From NCBI GenBank assembly GCA_032718475.1, contig JAUCBJ010008641.1:1-64000 (forward strand): a DNA stretch of 64,000 bases. Direction: 5' to 3'. The notes below the pieces were generated by a model. That model was not told where the DNA came from. It worked only from the letters and a program-made list of their open reading frames with translations, and made no database searches. This DNA is from Nemertoderma westbladi (Eukaryota; Animalia; Xenacoelomorpha). Below, piece after piece: positions 52,710 to 62,400 of the stretch; the stretch's first letter is position 1, and the number at the start of each line of letters is the position of its first letter. The position numbers were made by a program, and so were the translations under genes.

Positions 52710-53175
52710 TTACTAAATGTAAGTCGACGGTATGTAAAGTTTCCGTTCGTATATTCCTTAGTCGGTTGAATTTCTCCGGATGGCGAGGATATTTCCATCT
52801 AAATTATAAAATAATAATATGACTAATAAGCTTAGAAATACAATACAGTGTCGAGTTGTGAGGAAATCAAATATGACAACCGTCTGGTGCTCTAAAAAGT
52901 AGACTGAGTGGTTGCTGAGATTTTGACGTCCAAACATTGAGCCAGACGGACAGACGGTCGGAGGATGGACGACGCGACGCGGATTTGGATTTGCACTTTT
53001 TCTCCCGATGTTGAGGTAAATTCGAGTGAAAAGGTAATAATTTAAGAATAATATAAACGCTCCTTCCTTTTTGTAAAAGATGTTGTTTCCTTTAAAATAT
53101 TCACTTTTGAATTAGAAGTTTAACGTAACAATTTTATAGCAAATTTAAGGTCTATTTGCAATGTTGTGTAATTAA

Positions 53176-54290
53176 ATACTACTAGCTAGGGACTAGTATA
53201 TACTACTGTAGCTAGGGACTAGTATATACTACTGTAGCTAGGGACTAGTATATACTACTGTAGCTAGGGACTAGTATATACTACTGTAGCTAGGGACTAG
53301 TATATACTACTGTAGCTAGGGACTAGTATATACTACTGTAGCTAGGGACTAGTATATACTACTGTAGCTAGGGACTAGTATATACTACTGTAGCTAGGGA
53401 CTAGTATATACTACTGTAGCTAGGGACTAGTATATACTACTGTAGCTAGGGACTAGTATATACTAATGTAGCTAGGGACTAGTATATACTACTGTAGCTA
53501 GGGACTAGTATATACTACTGTAGCTAGGGACTAGTATATACTTCTACTGTAGCTAGGGACTAGTATATACTCCTGTAGCTAGGGACTAGTATATACTACT
53601 GTAGCTAGGGACTAGTATATACTACTGTAGCTAGGGACTAGTATATACTACTGTAGCTAGGGACTACTGTAGTATATACTACTGTAGCTAGGGACTAGTA
53701 TATACTACTGTAGCTAGGGACTAGTATATACTACTGTAGCTAGGGACTAGTATATACTACTGTAGCTAGGGACTAGTATATACTACTACTGTAGCTAGGG
53801 ACTAGTATATACTACTGTAGCTAGGGACTAGTATATACTACTGTAGCTAGGGACTAGTATATACTACTGTAGCTAGGGACTAGTATATACTACTGTAGCT
53901 AGGGACTAGTATATACTACTGTAGCTAGGGACTAGTATATACTACTGTAGCTAGGGACTAGTATATACTACTGTAGCTAGGGACTAGTATATACTACTGT
54001 AGCTAGGGACTAGTATATACTACTGTAGCTAGGGACTAGTATATACTAATGTAGCTAGGGACTAGTATATACTACTGTAGCTAGGGACTAGTATATACTA
54101 CTGTAGCTAGGGACTAGTATATACTACTGTGGCTAGGGACTAGTATATACTACTGTAGCTAGGGACTAGTATATACTACTACTGTAGCTAGGGACTAGTA
54201 TACACTCCTGTAGCTAGGGACTAGTATATACTACTGTAGCTAGGGACTAGTTTATACTACTGTAGCTAGGGACTAGTATATACTACTGTA
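53176..54290. repeat. Minisatellite, 26-bp unit tagctagggactagtatatactactg, about 43 copies
   Basis: Near-identical tandem units, each containing the palindromes tagtatatacta and tagcta. Confidence 0.97.
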
Positions 54291-54374
54291 CATAGCTATA
54301 CTTTGTGAGTGAATATAATATTCCAGCAAGGCCATCGTAATACAATATTAACAAACCAGACCACATACAGCCAG

Positions 54375-57345
54375 GGGCGGGCGACAAGAAGCTCCGTTAG
54401 TGCTAACGGCGCCGTTAACTACAATTTTGAGCGACACGAAACCTCCGTTAAATTAACGCCGGCTTTAACTATCGGAAGCCAGCGACTCGAAGCTCCGTTA
54501 CACTAACGGAGGACTCTCCGTTAAGGTATTTTACACCATCCACCAGTAGGCAACTTTAAGGTTCCGTTAAGAAATATTTTGTATTCTACTCTATATAACT
54601 AATAGGCGAGTCAATCTAGCCGAAAAAGGGGGTCAACCCATAACAAATTCGCAATTCATCCAAACCAATTTTTTGTTATTCTACATTACCTTGTTAATAC
54701 CTCCAAAAAAGTCTATAAAAATATATTATGCGGATCTCCTTCAATTTTCTGTTTCTTTCCTTAGCAACATGGATTTTACATAGCAACAAGGGGTCTAGTG
54801 GTGGGATTTTCTCCAAATTTGGTACAGACAAACTTTACTCTAATGACTATCGATTGACAGAAGTATGCACTTCTAGATAGTTACCAATTTAGTTTCCAGA
54901 GCAACGGAAATTTGTCTAATCAGTTAACTATTATTAATACCAATTTTGCTGGTACAATATAACGACCTTATTTACACAACTTCTCTACTAAACAGGTGGA
55001 TGTAACCTCGCCGATCGGATTTATCGAACTCAAAAACCCTTATCCCCAAAAAATGTATTTGTTATATTATAAACTATTGTAAAACAAATAAATAAATTAC
55101 ACCTAAAATCAATAGAGCTATCACAATTTAATTATGTGAAACATCTTCACTAACATTAATAGTCGAGTCAATCTAGCAAAAAACCCATAAGTATTTCGCA
55201 ATCAATCCGAACCACACATTTTGGATTCTATATTACCTTATAAATGACCAAAAAAAGTCTACAAAATTTTATTTTGCAGATCATATGTTTATTCATGGAA
55301 ATTCTGCGTAAATTTGTATAACACAAGCCAAACAAAAGGAACAGTAGGGAAAAGTAAGTAGCAAATTGGTGGTGTTCCAGAATAATTTAATTAATTTCAC
55401 AATAAGCTGTGATTCAATGGGAAATTAGTAATATTTACACTGGCGTGTTACACATTAATTGCTATATCTCGGTAACTAGAAGTCGTATCAAATTTTTAAA
55501 TATATCAAAAACTTCTCGATATATTAAGCTAACTGTTGTAAAAATTTATACGATTCCACTGCAAGGAAATTTCATAATTTCCATTAATGTTAGTGAAGAA
55601 TTTTCACATAATGAAATTGTGATTGCTCTATTGATTTTAGGTGTAATTTATTTATTTGTTTTAGTTTGAAAACCGCAATAGTTTATCATATAACGAATAA
55701 ATTTTTTGGGGATAAGGGTTTTTGAGGTCTATAAATCCGATTGGCGAGGTTACATCCACCCGATTAGTAGAGAAGTTGCGTATATAAGTGGTATAATAAT
55801 GAGTATTATTTATATTGTACCAGCAAAATTGGTATTTAAAATAGTTAAATTATTAGAAAAATTTCCGTTGTTCGGGAAACTAAATTGGTAACTATCTAGA
55901 AGTGCATACTTTCTGTCAATCGATAGTCATTAGAGTAAAGTTTGTCTGTACCAAATTTGGAGAAAATCCACCAATAGACCCCTTGTTGCTATGTAAAATC
56001 CATGTTGCTAAGGAAAGAAACAGGAAATTGAAGGTGATCCGCATAATATATTTTTATAGACTTTTTTGGGGGTATTAACAAGGTAATGCAGAATAAAAAA
56101 TTGTATAATTTTTTTACAACGGTTACCTTAATATATCGTGAAGTTGTTGATGTATTTGATGCGACTTTTAGTTACCGAGATATAGCAATTAATGTGTACA
56201 GTAACACGCCAGTGTAAATATTACTCATTTCACATTGAATCACAGCTTATTGTGAAATTAATTAAATTATTCTGGAACATCACCAATTTGCTACTTACTC
56301 TTCCCTACTGTTGCTTTTGTTTGGCTTGTGTTAATCAAATTTACGCAGAATTTCCATGAATGAACATATGATCCGCAAAATAAAATTTTATAGACTTTTT
56401 TTTGGTCATTAATAAGGTAATATAGAATCCAAAATGTGTGGTTTGGATTGATTACGAAATACTTATGGGTTTTTTTGCTAGATTGACTCGACTATGTATA
56501 AATACATTCTGAAAAACTATATTTCTAGCTTTCATAGTTGCTTTCATAGAATTCACGTTGTGTGACATTCAATAATCTTCGCATTATCCAAGTCCTATTT
56601 GTCGGTAGTTCTAATTAAACAATGTGGGGCATTTTATTCTAGAACAATTATTATTTGTTCTAGAACAAACAAACAAAAAACTAGCTAATTTGTTAATTTT
56701 TTATTCCATGTTATCTTTGTATCACATATTTAATAAAAATCACTATCTACAATGAAAATTTGTAGTTGTTGTTAATTGTTTTTAACACATACTAATCAAA
56801 TAAAAGGACCTGTTCAATCACAGTTAAACACAGTTCAACGTAGTTTTCCGTCATCAGTTAGACCCTTTCAGCAATCTTCGAGATACATAATTTAACGAAC
56901 GATTCCTCAATGACCAGGTGGAAGTCGTTGGTCATTGAGAGATAGAGTAGATTTCTACCCAATACTCGGGCACTCCATATGCTCTATTACATTAGTTGTT
57001 TTGATGATGTTACATTCCTGATCTTAACATTAATTGTGTGCGCTATTGCCTAAACATGAAACTGTAGCGGTAGTATTTGCTGCCTTTGGTGTACATCATT
57101 TTTTAGACGGCACTCCAACAATAACATTATCGAGTTGCCTAAGCAACCACAACAACATTCACGTGTACGCAACTTTATCATCATTTGGAAAGTATCACTT
57201 TTATTACTAACGGAGCCTTAATGGAGAACTCACTAACGGAGGCCTAAATACTCGTTCGTGTCGGCCATTATGAGTTCTCCGTTAAGTGCACTTCCGTTAA
57301 ACCTCCGTTAACTTTAAAATTAACGGAGCTTCGTGTCGCCCGCCC
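54375..57345. mobile_element. PIF/Harbinger-like non-autonomous element with CAG TSD, containing nested foldback sequence
   Basis: TIR gggcgggcgaca(a/c)gaagctccgtta at both ends. CAG at 54372-54374 and 57346-57348 (CWG-type 3-bp TSD). Many subterminal ctccgtta/taacggag motifs. Confidence 0.85.
54603..56494. mobile_element. Nested foldback/MITE sequence with two pairs of long inverted arms
   Basis: About 54670-55158 is the reverse complement of about 55584-56100, and about 55159-55552 is the reverse complement of about 56101-56494. Both left arms begin atag(g/t)cgagtcaatctagc. Confidence 0.85.
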
Positions 57346-58089
57346 CAGGTTTGGTGGGAAGATTTAAACTTTGAAGTCTATTATCTCGGAATGACAATTT
57401 TTAAATTACTAAGACTCCTCCGCCAGTTTTAACTTATTTTCTTTATTTTTAGCTCATTCGAAAGGGTTTCGGCAGTTGGTTCTTTAAAAGTTATCGGCTG
57501 GAATTTTTATATTTCGCTTTTTAAAGACAATTTTTCAGATTACAGCCAAAAAATCAGTGAAAATTTTGTCCTATTTACATAAATATTAAATAATATTAAT
57601 TAATTTTCATAAAAATTCAAAAACTAAAAATTTTAACCCATATCTATTGTGGAGCTCACCTCCGTAATTCGAAAAAAATTTGTTTCAGCCAATTTCACGC
57701 TAGAGGGCTACTGGAAATTTGATCATTTTTCGAAAAAAACTATATTTTAGCCATATTAACAGCCCATACTGTATAAAATAATAATATTTTCATTTAGTAG
57801 AAATTGTGGACATTTAAAAAGTGTTATGGGGTGGGGGGGAGAAATGCACATTTAACAAACACATTATTACCATCAACATCTTGTGGGGCGAGTCACAACT
57901 GCGAGCCATCCAGCCATCAGCGATCTGTTAGAATTATACTATGGCCGTTTTCCAAAAGGCTGTTGGTGTGCGTGTGTGTGTCATAATATTGTATGAAGTC
58001 AATTTATAGACAATAATTGTTCGCTATGATGGCTTTGCAGGTTTTGCTGCACGAAGGCACCACTCGAGTTACTTAGTTGTATAACATAA

Positions 58090-58319
58090 TCTATACCGGT
58101 ACCTATAAAAATCAAATTCTCTCTCTCTCTGTGTGTTCGAACTCCTCCAAAACGGGCAGAGGGATTGCGCTGGAACTTGGCATGTGTGTATAACTTTAAC
58201 CAGCGGTCGTTATAGGCCACTTTTCGAAAAGTTTAATTCACGTTCGGTACCGGTACGTCAGTAGGCCTATGCCGGTAGTGGGAAATACCGGGTAACATGC
58301 CTCGGGTATTGCCTGCTAG
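58090..58319 (+). mobile_element. Non-autonomous Helitron
   Basis: Starts TC(TATA) after an A and ends CTAG before a T. Subterminal hairpin aatacc...ggtatt at 58284-58310. (ct)n(gt)n tract near the 5' end. Confidence 0.7.
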
Positions 58320-59027
58320 TTAACAATAAATTCTGACACATGCAGCAGTAGTGGGTCATAAACAACTTTGCATTTTCCCCCAGCAGCCCAATAGCACGAG
58401 GCAGCAGTTATACAAAATAATCTCCTTTCGATATCTCTCCTGCATATGGTGCAATAATTCCGCCAGCGACCACTGCTACGACTTTAATGAGTTGATGTAT
58501 TTGATGTCAGCTCTGGCCTAACATTAGTTCTTCCAACAACCTTGTTCCATTTGTCCGTGTTTATACTGTAGCTTCACTTGCTAGGACATTAGTGAACTTT
58601 CCAGTCAACATTCCCAACTGGACTGATAACCGTGAGACTTTCGTTGATTTTGCTGAGAACTATTTCGGCGTTTGAAATCACACTTCTTACAACACAAAAA
58701 TCTCTTACCAATAATATGGTTGTAATCTATACACCGATTAGTTATATTTCGCATCGATGAACCTGTGATGCTGCTGGTGGTGGACTCAGGACTCCACCAG
58801 CAGTTTATGAATGGCGTAAAAATATATTTCTATCTATGGGAACGATAACGGACGAGTCGGCTGACGAATAGCAATATCAAGCTTATTGAATACAATGAGA
58901 TTCATATAATGTTTAAATAATGTCATTTTATTGTAATAATAAAAGGTTCTTAAGTTTATTAAATAAACAATAAATATAAATACATACTGTAGGGCCTAGT
59001 TATTAAATACAGGAAGAGGCAACGTTT

Positions 59028-59295
59028 CTACTACTATACTGTAGTGTAGTACAGTACTACTATACTTTACTGTAGCGTAGTACTACTATACTTTACTGTA
59101 GTGTAGTACTACTATACTATACTGTAGTGTAGTACTACTATACTTTACTGTAGTGTAGTACTACTATACTTTACTGTAGTGTAGTACTACTATACTTTAC
59201 TGTAGTGTAGTACTACTATACTTTACTGTAGTGTAGTACTACTATACTTTACTGTAGTGTAGTACTACTATACTATACTGTAGTGTAGTGCAGTA
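59028..59295. repeat. Minisatellite, 26-bp unit tactactatactttactgtagtgtag, about 10 copies
   Basis: Direct tandem units directly upstream of the CRE element. Confidence 0.93.
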
Positions 59296-59419
59296 CTGAT
59301 TATACTGAGCCTTTGTAGTTTGCCGATAATTGGAAGCGATCCGCCCCTTGTGAGTGCTGCGGTTTAAAAGAACAGTCGCGGACAAGGATAGTATATAGTA
59401 GAGACGACTGAATCTTTCG

Positions 59420-62400
59420 ATGGTGGTCTGTTGCGGTTGCAACCCTAAAGCGGGCCGATGTTTGAAGTGCGTGTGCGCCCGTACGGGCAGAAAATGCACA
59501 GACTGCGCGCCTTCTAAGTGGGGAAACTGTACGAACTCTGGTGGACAAGTAGCGCGGTCCTCCAGTACGGTCTCTCAACTTTCCTGCTCACAACCCCAGC
59601 CAACTAGAGACGCCTTGCAGATGCCTGCGCTAGGGACCCTTTCTCAGCCAACGGATAGCGCATTCGGTATATCCGGCAACGACACTCTGTTAGACTTAGA
59701 CGATACCATAAATGGGGACAAAGTAAGCCAATCCCATCCTCTAATATCGGCGGTTCCTAGCCAGTCGGATCCCCCATTGTCGGTTGATGCTCTGTCGGGT
59801 CCCCCAGTGTCGGTTGGTGCTCAGTCGGGTCCCTCAGTGTCGGTTGGTGCTCAGTCGGGTCCCCCAGTGTCGGTTAGTGCTCAGTCGGGTCCCCCAGTGT
59901 CGGTTGGTGCCCCGTCGGGTCCCTCAGTGTCGGTTGGTGCTCAGTCGGGTCCCCCAGTGTCGGATGGTGCTCAGTTAGGTCCCACAGTGCCGGCTGGCGC
60001 CCAGTCGGGTCTCCCAGTGTCGGTTAGTGCTCAGTCGGGTACCCCAGTGTCGGTTGGTGCCCCGTCGGGTCCCCCAGTGTCGGTTGGTGCTCAGTCGGGT
60101 CCCCCAGTGTCGGATGGTGCTCATTTATGTCCCACAGTGTCGGCTGGTGCTCAGTCGGGTCTCCCAGTGTCGGTTAGTGCTCAGTCGGGTCCCCCAGTGT
60201 CGGTTGGCGCTAAGTCAGGTCCCCCAGCGTCGGTTAGTGCTCAGTCGGATTCCCCAGTGTCGTTTGGTGCACAGTCGGGTCCCCCAGTGTCGGTTGGTGC
60301 TCAATTGGGTCCCCCCGTGTCGGTTGGTGCTCAGTCAGGTCCCCCCGTGTCGGTTGGTGCTCAGTCGAGTCCCCCAGTGTTGGTTGGTGCTCAGTCGGGT
60401 CCCACAGTGTCGGTAGGTGCTGCGTCGGTTCCCCTGGTGTCAATCGGTGCTCATTCGGGTCAACCTATGCCGGTTGGTGCTCAGACGCGTCCCCCTGTGT
60501 CGGTTGGTGCTCAATCGGGTCCCCCCGTGTCGGTTGGTGCTCAGTCAGGTTCCCCTGTGTCGGTTGGTGTCCAGTCGGGTCAACCTCTGTCGGTTGCTGC
60601 TCAGTCGGGTCCACCTGTGTCGGTTGGCGCCCATTCTGGTCCCGATGTGCCTGTTGGTGCTCAGTCCAGTCCCCCAGTGCCGGTTAGTGCTCAGTCGGGT
60701 CCCCCAGTGTCAGTTGGTGCTCATTCGGGTCCTCCAGTATCGGTTGGTGGTCAGTCGAGTCCCGGAGTGTCGGTTGGTGCTCAGTCCAGTCCCCCAGTGT
60801 CGGTTGGTGCTCAGTCGGGTGGTACTCAGTCGGGTCAACCTGTGTCGGTTGGTGCTCCGTCTGGTCTACCTGTGCCGGTTGGTGCTCAGTCGGGTCCCCC
60901 AGTGTCGGTTGGTGCTCAGTTGGGTCCCATCATGCCGGTTGGTGCTCAGTCGGGTCAACGTGTGTCGGTTGGTGCTCAGTCGGGTCAACCTGTGCCGGTT
61001 GGTGCTCAGTCGGGTCCCCCAGTGTCGGTTGGTGCTCAGTCGGGTCCCCCAGTGTCGGATGGTGCTCATTTATGTCCCACAGTGTCGGCTGGTGCTCAGT
61101 CGGGTCTCCCAGTGTCGGTTAGTGCTCAGTCGGGTCCCCCAGTGTCGGTTGGCGCTAAGTCAGGTCCCCCAGCGTCGGTTAGTGCTCAGTCGGATTCCCC
61201 AGTGTCGTTTGGTGCACAGTCGGGTCCCCCAGTGTCGGTTGGTGCTCAATTGGGTCCCCCCGTGTCGGTTGGTGCTCAGTCAGGTCCCCCCGTGTCGGTT
61301 GGTGCTCAGTCGAGTCCCCCAGTGTTGGTTGGTGCTCAGTCGGGTCCCACAGTGTCGGTAGGTGCTGCGTCGGTTCCCCTGGTGTCAATCGGTGCTCATT
61401 CGGGTCAACCTATGCCGGTTGGTGCTCAGACGCGTCCCCCTGTGTCGGTTGGTGCTCAATCGGGTCCCCCCGTGTCGGTTGGTGCTCAGTCAGGTTCCCC
61501 TGTGTCGGTTGGTGTCCAGTCGGGTCAACCTCTGTCGGTTGCTGCTCAGTCGGGTCCACCTGTGTCGGTTGGCGCCCATTCTGGTCCCGATGTGCCTGTT
61601 GGTGCTCAGTCCAGTCCCCCAGTGCCGGTTAGTGCTCAGTCGGGTCCCCCAGTGTCAGTTGGTGCTCATTCGGGTCCTCCAGTATCGGTTGGTGGTCAGT
61701 CGAGTCCCGGAGTGTCGGTTGGTGCTCAGTCCAGTCCCCCAGTGTCGGTTGGTGCTCAGTCGGGTGGTACTCAGTCGGGTCAACCTGTGTCGGTTGGTGC
61801 TCCGTCTGGTCTACCTGTGCCGGTTGGTGCTCAGTCGGGTCCCCCAGTGTCGGTTGGTGCTCAGTTGGGTCCCATCATGCCGGTTGGTGCTCAGTCGGGT
61901 CAACGTGTGTCGGTTGGTGCTCAGTCGGGTCAACCTGTGCCGGTTGGTGCTCAGTCGGGTCCCCCAGTGTCGGTTGGTGCTCAGTCGGGTCCCCCAGTGT
62001 CGGTTGGTGCTCAGTCGGGTAAACCTGCGGCGGTTGGCGCGCAGTCCGGTCACCCAGTGTCGGTTGGTGCTCGGTCGGGTCAACCTGTGTCTTTTGGTGC
62101 TCAGTCGGGTCCCCCAGTATCGGCTGATGCTCAGTCTGGTCGACCTTCGGCGGTTGGTGCTCAGTCCGGTCCCCCAGTGTCGCCAAACACTACAGTGCCT
62201 CCTACCGCCAGGGGGCACGGGTCTAATGCTGTTGCCTGGTTTGGGACCAGCTTACATTTAGACGTGTTCGCCGAATCAGTCCATAAGGTGCACGACGCGA
62301 TCGTACATTGGCGCCCCAACCTATTCCTCCTACCCCCCGGTGCGATCGGACGCGAAGTGGTTCAGGAGATGACTCGGCTGCTAAATATGTTTAATGCAGG

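Noticed and set aside
47180-52822. Many long ORFs of (MYPTHLCYVSNSPRLCIQLTSA)n, up to 858 aa
   Set aside because: Artefact of a 22-bp unit: all three frames give the same peptide, stops appear whenever the ttacctag variant falls in frame, and no frame is preferentially preserved.
57134-57147. Second X-box-like palindrome GTTGCCTAAGCAAC
   Set aside because: It lies inside a transposon with no nearby gene start. Similar half-sites occur in the nested MITE.
59784-62261. Arg/Cys-rich ORFs (LVLSRVPQCR)n and antisense ORFs in the 30-bp array
   Set aside because: These are alternative frames interrupted by stops. The frame continuous with the Cys-rich domain and RT is VSVGAQSGPP.
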